From NCBI GenBank assembly GCA_964555905.1, contig CAZKUI010000002.1, positions 1 to 41,075 of the forward strand: 41,075 nt of DNA, read 5' to 3'. This stretch comes from an uncultured Candidatus Bathyarchaeia archaeon (GTDB taxonomy: Archaea; Thermoproteota; Bathyarchaeia; EX4484-135; B24-G1). Under the pieces are notes generated by a model that had not been told where the DNA came from, did not search any database, and saw nothing but the letters and a program-made list of their open reading frames with translations. Positions 1 through 7,930 of this stretch are shown here, one piece after another. Position 1 is the stretch's first letter. Each line of letters begins with the position of its first letter. Both the position numbers and the translations under genes were made by a program.

Positions 1-1
1 G

Positions 2-877
2 TTCGCCGCTAGGTGGGCCGCCCTACGCATAAACTTCGAGGCTTACGGGAAGGACATCGCAGACTCCGTGAGGACGAACGACCGCATATGCTTGGAGGTC
101 CTCGGATACCACCCGCCATACCACGTCAGGTACGAGATGTTCCTAGACAAATCCGGGAGGAAAATCTCCAAGTCCCGGGGGAACGTGCTCACCCCGCAGC
201 TCTGGCTGAGGTACGGCCCCCCACAGACGTTACTACTGCTCATGCTGAAGAGGTTCGTGGGGACGAGGCGGCTTGACATCATGGACGTGCCCCGCTACGT
301 AGACGAGTTGGACGCCCTAGAGGACGTCTACTTCGGGAGGAGGCGAGTCGGAGACGAGATGGAAGCCGCGAAACTCAGGGGCTTATATGAGTATGTGTGG
401 AACTTGAACCCCCCAAGAGAGCCGGGCATTCACGTCCCCTACAACCTCCTCACGTACCTCATTAAGGCCGCCCCGAAAGGCAGGGAGTTCGAGTTCGTCA
501 TAGAGAAGCTCAGGGCATACGGCTACCTAAAGGGCGAGGAGGTTCCCGAGCGCCTAAAGGAGAGAATCCAGTACGCCATGAACTGGGTGAGGGACTTCGC
601 TGAGATAAGCGAAGCGAAAGTAGAACTAAACCAGAAGGAGAAGGAAGCCATAAAAGAGCTAATCCAATTCCTGAAGGAGGAGAGAACGGCGGATGAGATT
701 CAAACAGCCATATTCCAAATCGCCAGAAAGCACGAAATAAAACCGGGAAGCTTCTTCAGGAAACTATACCAGATACTGCTCGGAATGCCGCACGGGCCGA
801 GGCTCGGCCCATACATGGTGGCCATGGGCCTGGAGAACGTAGCCCACGCCCTAAGCAGGGCCGTATCGCGGGGCTAA
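2..877 (+). CDS. lysS: Lysyl-tRNA synthetase, class I (C-terminal part; 5' end lies outside the window)
   Basis: The frame is open from the window edge to TAA at 875-877. It contains the KMSKS-type motif KISKSRGN and a helical C-terminal region typical of class I LysRS. The listed ORF at 68 is only the first in-frame Met/alt start. Confidence 0.8.
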   Translation, partial: FAARWAALRINFEAYGKDIADSVRTNDRICLEVLGYHPPYHVRYEMFLDKSGRKISKSRGNVLTPQLWLRYGPPQTLLLLMLKRFVGTRRLDIMDVPRYVDELDALEDVYFGRRRVGDEMEAAKLRGLYEYVWNLNPPREPGIHVPYNLLTYLIKAAPKGREFEFVIEKLRAYGYLKGEEVPERLKERIQYAMNWVRDFAEISEAKVELNQKEKEAIKELIQFLKEERTADEIQTAIFQIARKHEIKPGSFFRKLYQILLGMPHGPRLGPYMVAMGLENVAHALSRAVSRG

Positions 878-884
878 GAAACCC

Positions 885-894
885 TTTTTAAAAA
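885..894 (+). promoter_or_regulatory. TATA-like box upstream of tRNA-Arg
   Basis: TTTTTAAAAA is centred about 25 nt upstream of the tRNA 5' end at 915. Confidence 0.45.
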
Positions 895-914
895 CCACAA
901 CAACCATCAACTGG

Positions 915-990
915 GGGCCCGTGGTCTAGCTTGGATTAGGACGCTGGCCTGCGGAGCCGGAGGTCGTGGGTTCAAATCCCACCGGGCCCG
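915..990 (+). tRNA. tRNA-Arg (anticodon GCG), CCA encoded at 991-993
   Basis: Hand-folded cloverleaf: acceptor GGGCCCG/CGGGCCC, anticodon stem CTGGC/GCCGG, loop CTGCGGA, T arm GTGGG-TTCAAAT-CCCAC. Length 76 nt, no intron. Confidence 0.9.
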
Positions 991-1117
991 CCAAACAACA
1001 ACCAAAGTTAAGCAAAGCAGAGCCGTTTCCAAAAGATGGAGTCTTAAGACGCCTGATAGCCTCCTTCAAAGCAATCTCAGCGGTCTTTGGACGTTACAAC
1101 TTCGTCTCATGTGAACG

Positions 1118-1249
1118 TTAACGTAAGCCGTGTCTCTCGGCGACCTCCTCTAGTATAATCCGCTTCACATCCACAGCCTCCTTTAACTTGGGCGAACTCG
1201 TCGAAATATAATACTCGGTATAGCTTCCCCTCACCTTAGGCTTCATCAT
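1118..1249 (-). CDS. Small hypothetical protein (43 aa, MMKPKVRGSYTEYYISTSSPKLKEAVDVKRIILEEVAERHGLR)
   Basis: It is below the ORF-track cutoff. A strong SD-like AAGGAGG (1255-1261) sits 5 nt upstream of ATGATG. The gene lies about 30 nt downstream of, and co-directional with, the radical SAM gene. I recognised no homology. Confidence 0.3.
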   Translation of the reverse strand: MMKPKVRGSYTEYYISTSSPKLKEAVDVKRIILEEVAERHGLR

Positions 1250-1282
1250 CACCGCCTCCTTACCCATAATCTCTTAATCTCA

Positions 1283-2281
1283 CTATGGATGAGTTTTGGT
1301 GGTGTAGTAGGTTTCTCCGTGGAAGTGTTTTGTTGTTGCTAGGCCAGATTTGAGGAGCTTTTGGAGGATTTTTTGTGCTTCCTCTTCGGTTATGCCTAGC
1401 GCCTTTGACACGTCTGAGGGGCGGCAGGGTCTACGTCTTATTAGCTTCACCGCTTCCTCCTCTAGGGCTTTCGGCGGCTTTTTAACCCATTTTCGCATTC
1501 TCTCTTGGTAGACGGATATTACCTCAGCGTCTACGGCGTCCGTGAATCTCGCTGCTATTTCGTTTATCTCTTCCGGGGTTAGGGGTTCCACGTAGGCTTC
1601 GGATGGAGGTCTGGTTGGGGTGTTCACTTGAATTTCATCCGGCATTATGCTTTCGGCTAGGCGAATTAAGCCCTCCACAGCCTCCGTGGTTGAATTAAGC
1701 TGCCTTCCATCCTTGGAGTGGAGGAACATTATTTGGAGGGCGAGTGCGCCTTTCATCTCTTCTCTTAGCTTCTTTATCCCGTCTGTTATGGATTTCAGGG
1801 TTATTCCCTTGGATGGTCTATTTATCTCCTTGAAGAGCGCCTCGGTGGGGGCGTCCAACTTTGCGACTACTAGGTCGGCGTCTACGAGGTTCATTCTCAC
1901 GTCCTCCACGCTTAGCAGGGACGAGTTGGTTAGGACCGCCACTGGAACGCCAACAGCTAATTTCTTAGCTTCCATTATCATCTCGCCAAGCTTGGGGTTT
2001 AGGGTTGGCTCTCCCATGCCGGAAAACGTTATGTAATCTAAACCCTTAGGACCCAGCCGCTCCAATGCCTTCCTTAGGTCCTCAACCACCATGCCAACCG
2101 TGACACCCACAACCCTCCAATTTTTAATGGAGACCTTGCGGGCTGTCCGCCCCAGCTGGCAGTATATGCAGTCGAAGGTGCAGGTCTTTGGGGGTGGCAG
2201 GGGGTCTACGCCGAGGGAGCGACCCAAACGCCAAGAGGGGACCGGACCGTAGACGGTGGGTGCACGCCCAATCTCGGCCAT
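1283..2281 (-). CDS. Radical SAM protein with C-terminal wHTH-like extension
   Basis: It has the CxxxCxxC cluster motif CTFDCIYCQLG near the N-terminus, preceded by YGPVPSWRLGRSLGV. The C-terminal about 60 aa (PCRPSDVSKALGITEEEAQKILQKLLKSG) looks like a winged helix. Confidence 0.75.
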   Translation of the reverse strand: MAEIGRAPTVYGPVPSWRLGRSLGVDPLPPPKTCTFDCIYCQLGRTARKVSIKNWRVVGVTVGMVVEDLRKALERLGPKGLDYITFSGMGEPTLNPKLGEMIMEAKKLAVGVPVAVLTNSSLLSVEDVRMNLVDADLVVAKLDAPTEALFKEINRPSKGITLKSITDGIKKLREEMKGALALQIMFLHSKDGRQLNSTTEAVEGLIRLAESIMPDEIQVNTPTRPPSEAYVEPLTPEEINEIAARFTDAVDAEVISVYQERMRKWVKKPPKALEEEAVKLIRRRPCRPSDVSKALGITEEEAQKILQKLLKSGLATTKHFHGETYYTTKTHP

Positions 2282-2353
2282 AATCGGTTCACAGCCTAAC
2301 TGACTTAGGCTTGCCTAAAAAGTTTCCCCGGTTAACCCTCAGCGTACTGAGCG

Positions 2354-3160
2354 CTACAGCCACTCACGCGGTTCGAAATGAAACTCGCAGTGTTCCGCTC
2401 CAGCTCCGGCGCACTTACACTCCATAACTTTAACCTCTATACCTAACGCCTCGGTTAGCGCCCCCTCTAAGATGCCCCTCAGGAACACGCATACAGGCTC
2501 CTTCGACCTACGATACCTAGCCTCGGCCGAATCCTCCACGGTAATCCTTCCGGAATATGACTTAGCATCGAACTCGGTGAGGGTGAACCTCCCCCATCCG
2601 GTCGCCTGCAGAATTCCTAAAAACAGCCTAATTAATTCTTCACCGCTTAATCCGGTGATATCAGCGACTCTTCTAATAATGGTTTCCCCGGGTTTCCTCG
2701 CCGCGAGGAAAATGCTAGCTGTGGCCCTAAGGAGCTTTTTAATTCCCTCCTCAAGCTCTGCGAGACCCCTAATAGGGAGTATGATAGCTGGTTCCCCAAG
2801 CGACGTGATGGGGAAGCTAATGGAGTCTACGAGGTACTTCCTAGGGGTGATGGCGACCCACGCATCCTCAACCACGGGAAGTTCTCTTATACGCTTCGCC
2901 AACTCCTCAACATCGATCTTGCTGGTCGCCATCTCAAATATGAACCGGGTAAGCGTCCTACTACCTCTCTTAGGCATGTGGGGCTTGGCGCGCGTTGTAA
3001 TTATGGCGATTATATTTACGCCGTTTTCAGCCGCAACTCTGCACACCTCAGCCCAGACCCCGGGAACATTCCTATCCTTTACGACTATCATGCATAAATC
3101 CTCGCCAGTTTCACTGACGAGCATCGGTATGAGCTCTTTTCGGATGCATCCTCCATTCAT
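2354..3160 (-). CDS. ACT-like domain fused to a V4R (4-vinyl reductase-type) small-molecule-binding domain protein
   Basis: The N-terminal stretch MIVVKDRNVPGVWAEVCRVAAENGVNIIAI is ACT-like. The C-terminus has the V4R signature CVFLRGILEGAL...VMECKCAGAGAEHCEFHF. An alternative start is at 3124. Confidence 0.6.
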   Translation of the reverse strand: MNGGCIRKELIPMLVSETGEDLCMIVVKDRNVPGVWAEVCRVAAENGVNIIAIITTRAKPHMPKRGSRTLTRFIFEMATSKIDVEELAKRIRELPVVEDAWVAITPRKYLVDSISFPITSLGEPAIILPIRGLAELEEGIKKLLRATASIFLAARKPGETIIRRVADITGLSGEELIRLFLGILQATGWGRFTLTEFDAKSYSGRITVEDSAEARYRRSKEPVCVFLRGILEGALTEALGIEVKVMECKCAGAGAEHCEFHFEPREWL

Positions 3161-3226
3161 GATGTATCATGTTAACTTTTTTGCGGAACGCATTTAAAAA
3201 ATTGACCTTGCCTGTGAAGTGCGTTC

Positions 3227-3988
3227 CTATTTATCATGGTTGAGGGTGCCTCGGAGCCATCCGTAGGTGATTTCGTAGACCGCCTCGTATTTGCCATGGA
3301 AGCTGTGGTTTGCATCGTCCATAATCGCTATGCACGCGGGTCCGGAGGCTAGGCGTAGGGCGTCCCACTGCGTCCTCCGGATGAAGTCGTACTGCTCCCT
3401 CCCCGCCTGCACCGCTAGTAGGGGCTTCCTGAGTTTGGAGAGCGCCCTTGACTGCGGCTCCCTGCGAACTAGCTCCTCAGCTAGCTCTCTAAATCCGATT
3501 CTCCACTCAGCCCTCACAACACGGGAGAAAGACTCCAGCAACCTGACCACCACGTTTACATCCCTTGGGAACAAGTAGAGACCCGCTATGAGCGCCAGCA
3601 CCTTCACGTGGGAGTCCCCCACAGCTCCCTGAATGGCTACCCTACCACCCATGGAGTGGCCGACCACCACCGAGTCTAATCCGAACTCCTCCCACAGGAA
3701 TTTGGTGGCGGCTTGGAGGTGTCTGCCCATTAGGTAATCGTCTAGGGAGTCTACCACTAGGGGTGGGGAGGAGCCGAACCCCGGAAGGTCGAACGCAAGG
3801 ACGGGGTGGTACGCCGAAAGTTTTGAGGCGAGGAACTGCATTAGGGGGTAGCGTCTTCCCATCTGGGTGGAGCCGTGGCATAGGATAACGCCGTAATCCG
3901 GGTCTACGCTTCTTAGTGGCTCGTGCACTTCTCCCGTTAGCGTGAGTTCACCGCTGTGCAGCTCCACCCGCATCTTTGGTGGTGGCAC
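3227..3988 (-). CDS. Alpha/beta-fold hydrolase
   Basis: It has the nucleophile elbow GHSMGG and an oxyanion-region HG (ILCHGS). GTG at 3988 or ATG at 3973 are possible starts. It lies 8 nt downstream of the PfpI-like gene on the same strand. Confidence 0.7.
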   Translation of the reverse strand: MPPPKMRVELHSGELTLTGEVHEPLRSVDPDYGVILCHGSTQMGRRYPLMQFLASKLSAYHPVLAFDLPGFGSSPPLVVDSLDDYLMGRHLQAATKFLWEEFGLDSVVVGHSMGGRVAIQGAVGDSHVKVLALIAGLYLFPRDVNVVVRLLESFSRVVRAEWRIGFRELAEELVRREPQSRALSKLRKPLLAVQAGREQYDFIRRTQWDALRLASGPACIAIMDDANHSFHGKYEAVYEITYGWLRGTLNHDK

Positions 3989-3996
3989 CTACCCGT

Positions 3997-4527
3997 CTAC
4001 GCCTCCCTCAACGCCCTAATCAGCTCCCTGCAGAAGTGTGGCAGGTCTGGGGGAACCCTAGAGGTGATGATGTTGCCGTCTCGAACCACGGGTTCGTCTA
4101 CGTAGCTGGCTCCGGCGTTTACTACGTCGTCCCGAATCTTCTTAACGCACGTGACTGTTCTGCCGTGGAGGACCCCGGCTGATATGAGGAGCTGTGGGCC
4201 GTGGCAGATGGCGGCTATTGGCTTCCCAAGCTCGTGCATGCGCCTGACGAATTTCACTACGTCCTCGTGTATTCTGAGGTTTTCTGGGGCCTTGCCGCCG
4301 GGAATCACCAATCCATGGAATTCGTCGGCCGTTACTTCCCTGATGGACGCGTCTGGTTCTGCGCTATACCCGTACTTACCGCACGCCACCTTCTTATCCA
4401 CGCCTACTACGACGACCTCGGCTCCCTCCTCCAACAACCGATAATATGGATAGAAGAACTCCAAGTCTTCAAAGCCGTCTGCCAGTAGGATGGCAACCCT
4501 CTTACCCGAGAGGCTCAACGCGGACAC
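3997..4527 (-). CDS. DJ-1/PfpI family protein (intracellular protease/deglycase type)
   Basis: The 176-aa protein has KRVAILLADGFEDLEF, the nucleophile-elbow motif AAICHGPQLL, and DGNIITSR near the C-terminus. Confidence 0.85.
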   Translation of the reverse strand: MSALSLSGKRVAILLADGFEDLEFFYPYYRLLEEGAEVVVVGVDKKVACGKYGYSAEPDASIREVTADEFHGLVIPGGKAPENLRIHEDVVKFVRRMHELGKPIAAICHGPQLLISAGVLHGRTVTCVKKIRDDVVNAGASYVDEPVVRDGNIITSRVPPDLPHFCRELIRALREA

Positions 4528-4588
4528 CCGGATGTATTCTTACGCCAACCCGGTATATAAGACGTGAAGGCATGCAAGGTGCGGAAAC

Positions 4589-4596
4589 TTATTTAT
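4589..4596 (+). promoter_or_regulatory. TATA-like box upstream of tRNA-Thr
   Basis: TTATTTAT is centred about 30 nt upstream of the tRNA 5' end at 4624. Confidence 0.4.
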
Positions 4597-4623
4597 CTAG
4601 TGGCGATTCCATCATTAATGGAT

Positions 4624-4697
4624 GCCCCGGTAGCTCAGCTGGTTAGAGCGGCGGCCTCGTAAGCCGTAGGTCGCGGGTTCAAATCCCGCCCGGGGCT
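4624..4697 (+). tRNA. tRNA-Thr (anticodon CGT), CCA encoded at 4698-4700
   Basis: Acceptor GCCCCGG/CCGGGGC, D arm GCTC..GAGC, anticodon loop CTCGTAA, T arm GCGGG-TTCAAAT-CCCGC. Length 74 nt. Confidence 0.9.
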
Positions 4698-4706
4698 CCA
4701 ACAAGC

Positions 4707-4722
4707 TTTTTGTTGTGTTTTT
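4707..4722 (+). terminator. T-rich tract after tRNA-Thr (archaeal oligo-T terminator type)
   Basis: TTTTTGTTGTGTTTTT lies directly downstream of the tRNA 3' end. Confidence 0.45.
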
Positions 4723-4815
4723 GGTTTAGCTTTGGAGTTTCTGGGGAAAGAATTGTGGAAATATTTAAATAGGGTATGGTGTGGTTCAGAGTTCAGAAGG
4801 GAGGGGGCGTTCCTT

Positions 4816-4876
4816 GGAGGATTGGGAGGAGGAGTGGGAGGAAGAGTGGGAGGAGGAGTGGGAAGAGGAGGAGTGG
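4816..4876 (+). repeat. Polypurine tandem repeat, about 4 copies of a 12-nt unit GGGAGGAGGAGT
   Basis: The units are GGGAGGAGGAGT, GGGAGGAAGAGT, GGGAGGAGGAGT and GGGAAGAGGAGGAGT. The repeat is intergenic, between tRNA-Thr and ABCE1. Confidence 0.85.
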
Positions 4877-4932
4877 TAGCCCCCAGCTCTCCCACGCCCT
4901 AACCCACGTATTTTATGCGGAGTTTAACCGCC

Positions 4933-6717
4933 ATGAGAGTGGCAGTTTTAGACGTAGACAGGTGCAAGCCAAAACGATGCGACAAGGCGTGCCAACGCTT
5001 CTGCCCCATGGTCAAGACGGGAGTAGAAGCCATCCGCTTCGACGACACAACACCAACCATAGTGGAGGCGCTGTGCAGCGGATGCGGGATATGCGTGAAA
5101 AAGTGCCCATTCCACGCCATATCAATCGTGAACGTGCCCGACATCCTCGAAGGCGAGTGCAGCCACCAGTACGGGCCGAACTCCTTCCGCCTATTTAGGC
5201 TCCCAACCCCGGCGAGGGGCGTAATCCTCGGATTACTGGGCCAAAACGGAACGGGGAAGACGACGGCCCTGAAGATACTCGCGGGGGAGGTCAAGCCAAA
5301 CCTCGGAATGCCCGAGGAACCCCCGGACTGGCCCGAAATCGTGAGGCGTTACAGGGGCTCCACCCTCCAAGGATACTTCGAGGCGCTGATGAAGGGCGAA
5401 CTCAAGGTGGTGCACAAACCCCAGTACGTAGACAAGATACCGAAGGTAGTCTCGGGGAAGGTCGGAGAAATCCTAAGGAGGGTAGACGAGGCTGGAAGGC
5501 TGGAGGAGGTCTCCCGGCAACTGAACCTAAAGCCGATATGGGACAGGCAGGTAGACGTCCTAAGCGGGGGTGAACTCCAACTCGTTGCGATAGCCGCAAC
5601 CGCATGCAGAGACGCAGACGTCTACCTCTTCGACGAGCCCAGTAGCTACTTGGACGTGAAGCAGAGGCTCAGGGCGGCTAGGGTGATCCGGAGCCTGAGA
5701 AGCGAGGATAAGATGGTTGTGGTGGTGGAGCACGACCTAGCGGCGCTGGACTACCTCTCCGACCAGATATGCATCTTCTACGGCGTTCCCGGCGTCTACG
5801 GGATAGTCTCCCACGTCCACGGCGTGAAGGACGGCATAAACATATACCTGCAGGGTTACATACCCGACGAGAACATCCGATTCAGAAAGGAACCCGTCAT
5901 CTTCCAAGTGAAGCCGCCGGCCCCAACATGGCAATCGGAGGACATACTCCTAAGTTGGAGCGAGATGACCAAGTCCTACAACGGCTTCACGCTAAGCGTG
6001 GAGCCGGGAGTAATTCACAGGGGCGAGGTCGTGGGCGTCATGGGACCAAACGGCATAGGGAAAACGACATTCGTGAAGCTACTAGCGGGTATAGAGGAGC
6101 CGGACTCGGGAGAGAAGCCCATCGAGAGGCTGAAGGTGAGCTACAAACCCCAATACATCTCCGCCGAGTACGAGGGAACCGTTGAAACCCTACTCAAGTC
6201 CATAGTAGGAGAGAAATTCACCACAAGCTGGTACAAAACCGAGGTCATTAGAGCCCTAAGCCTTGAGGGCCTCCTAGACAGGGACGTGAGCGAACTGAGT
6301 GGAGGCGAACTCCAGCTGGTGGCCGTGGCGGCCTGCCTCTCCCAAGACGCCAACCTATACCTGCTGGATGAGCCCAGCGCCTACCTAGACGTGGAGCAGA
6401 GGCTGGCGGTTGCCAGAACCATAAGGCGTATGGTGAAGTCGAGGGGTGCAGCCGCCTTCGTTGTGGAGCACGACGTGGTGGCGCAGGACTTCATATCAGA
6501 CAGCCTCATGGTGTTCCACGGAGAGCCGGGGGTGAGGGGCGTTGCATCCACACCCACAACCCTCCGCGATGGAATGAACAGGTTCCTGAAGGAGATGGGC
6601 GTAACCTTCAGGAGGGACGCAGCCACTAGGAGGCCGCGGGTGAATAAGGAGGGCTCCCGCCTAGACAGGTACCAAAAGGAGATAGGTGAATACTACTACG
6701 TGGCGGTTGAGGACTGA
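4933..6717 (+). CDS. abce1: ABCE1 / RNase L inhibitor-type ribosome recycling ATPase
   Basis: The N-terminus has two 4Fe-4S Cys motifs (CKPKRCDKACQRFCP, CSGCGICVKKCP). Two ABC domains follow, with Walker A GQNGTGKT and GPNGIGKT and the signature LSGGELQ twice. ATG at 4933 gives the conserved MRVAVLDxDRC start, though the ORF can extend to 4915. Confidence 0.92.
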   Translation: MRVAVLDVDRCKPKRCDKACQRFCPMVKTGVEAIRFDDTTPTIVEALCSGCGICVKKCPFHAISIVNVPDILEGECSHQYGPNSFRLFRLPTPARGVILGLLGQNGTGKTTALKILAGEVKPNLGMPEEPPDWPEIVRRYRGSTLQGYFEALMKGELKVVHKPQYVDKIPKVVSGKVGEILRRVDEAGRLEEVSRQLNLKPIWDRQVDVLSGGELQLVAIAATACRDADVYLFDEPSSYLDVKQRLRAARVIRSLRSEDKMVVVVEHDLAALDYLSDQICIFYGVPGVYGIVSHVHGVKDGINIYLQGYIPDENIRFRKEPVIFQVKPPAPTWQSEDILLSWSEMTKSYNGFTLSVEPGVIHRGEVVGVMGPNGIGKTTFVKLLAGIEEPDSGEKPIERLKVSYKPQYISAEYEGTVETLLKSIVGEKFTTSWYKTEVIRALSLEGLLDRDVSELSGGELQLVAVAACLSQDANLYLLDEPSAYLDVEQRLAVARTIRRMVKSRGAAAFVVEHDVVAQDFISDSLMVFHGEPGVRGVASTPTTLRDGMNRFLKEMGVTFRRDAATRRPRVNKEGSRLDRYQKEIGEYYYVAVED

Positions 6718-6798
6718 AGCTGGTAGGGTGTCTACAACCCTGGAACATGCCATTAAGTTTTAAGTTAGTACGCCTAACATCCACTTGGGTCTGTTGAG

Positions 6799-7897
6799 AT
6801 GGGTGGTGATAAGGTCACACTCTCCATCATAAAGGCGGATGTTGGGAGCCTAGCGGGACACCACGTCGTCCCCCCGAAGCTCCTAGAAGTCTGCAGGGGG
6901 GTTTTAGAGGAGGGAAAGAAAAACGGCGTCATCGCGGACTATTACGTAACGAACTGCGGAGACGACATAGAGCTCATCATGACCCACCACAACGGGGAGA
7001 ACGACGAGAACGTCCACGGGCTGGCGTGGGAAGCGTTCAAGAAGGCGGCGGACACCGCTAGGGAGCTACACCTCTACGGGGCTGGGCAGGATCTGCTGAA
7101 GGAGGCGTTCTCCGGGAACGTGAGGGGCATGGGGCCCGGAGTCGCGGAGATGGAGTTCGTGGAGAGGGAGAGCGAGCCCGTCGTGGTCTTCATGGCGGAT
7201 AAAACGTCCGCCGGAGGCTGGAACCTCCCCCTCTTCAGGATGTTCGCCGACCCATTCTGCACGGCCGGCTTAATCATAGACCCGTCGATGCACGGCGGGT
7301 TCCGCTTCAGAATCCTAGATGTGATCGAGGATAAGAGGGTGGACCTAGACTGCCCGGAGGAGATGTACGACGTGCTGGCGCTCATCGGGGGACCACCACC
7401 GCTTCGTCATCGAGAGGGTCTTCAGGAAGAGCGACGGCATGCCGTGTGCGGTAACCAGCACGACGAAGCTGAGCCTCATAGCTGGGAAGTACGTGGGGAA
7501 GGACGACCCGGTGGCGGCGGTTCGCATACAGCATGGACTCCCAGCGCTCGGGGAGGTGCTCGAGGCGTTCTCCTTCCCCCACCTAGTCCCCGGGTGGATG
7601 AGGGGCTCCCACTACGGCCCCCTCATGCCCGTGAGCCAGAGGGACGCGAAGTGCACAAGGTTCGATGGCCCACCGAGGGTGCTCGCCCTTGGATTCCAGA
7701 TTCAAGACGGCAACCTAATAGGCCCCGCAGACCTCTTCGACGACCCCGCCTTCGACGAATCCCGTAGGTTGGCTAGCTTCGTCGCCGACTACCTGAGGAG
7801 GCATGGGCCATTCGAGCCTCACAGGCTCCCGTCCAGCGAGCTGGAGTACACGACTTTGCCGCTAGTTCTCGAAAAGCTAAAAAATAGATTCAGGTAA
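6799..7897 (+). pseudogene. fbp: Fructose-1,6-bisphosphate aldolase/phosphatase (class V FBPase), interrupted by a 1-nt frameshift
   Basis: ORFs 6799-7767 (frame 1) and 7439-7897 (frame 2) together give a full-length protein of about 365 aa. Motifs include IKADVGSLAGHH, GNVRGMGPGVAEME, GKYVGKDDP and HLVPGWMRGSHYGPLMPV. The frames join at the G5 run 7387-7391. The total span is 3n+1 nt. Confidence 0.85.
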
Positions 7898-7930
7898 AGT
7901 TGATGGCGTGAGATGCTTTGGTGAACGAAC

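Noticed and set aside
1240-1252. A GTGATGA C-box-like sequence on the minus strand, considered as a box C/D sRNA.
   Set aside because: No D' or D (CTGA) boxes lie at the required spacing and there is no terminal stem. The sequence is better explained as the SD plus ATGATG start of the small ORF.
2472-3197. A 241-aa plus-strand ORF. The ORF at 1647-2036 is a similar case.
   Set aside because: These are antisense shadows of the ACT-V4R and radical SAM genes. They have no recognisable motifs, whereas the minus-strand products have clear domain signatures.
4816-4876. Tandem 12-nt repeats considered as a possible CRISPR-like or minisatellite array.
   Set aside because: The units are contiguous with no spacers and far too short for CRISPR repeats. 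No cas genes are present. I kept it as a simple polypurine tandem repeat.
4635-4895. An 86-aa minus-strand ORF, proline-rich.
   Set aside because: It overlaps tRNA-Thr and is the antisense reading of the polypurine repeat (PPTPPP...). This is not plausible coding sequence.
4776-5198. A 140-aa plus-strand ORF starting in the purine repeat.
   Set aside because: It gives Arg/Gly/Ser low-complexity translation of the repeat and then runs out of frame through the well-conserved ABCE1 N-terminus.
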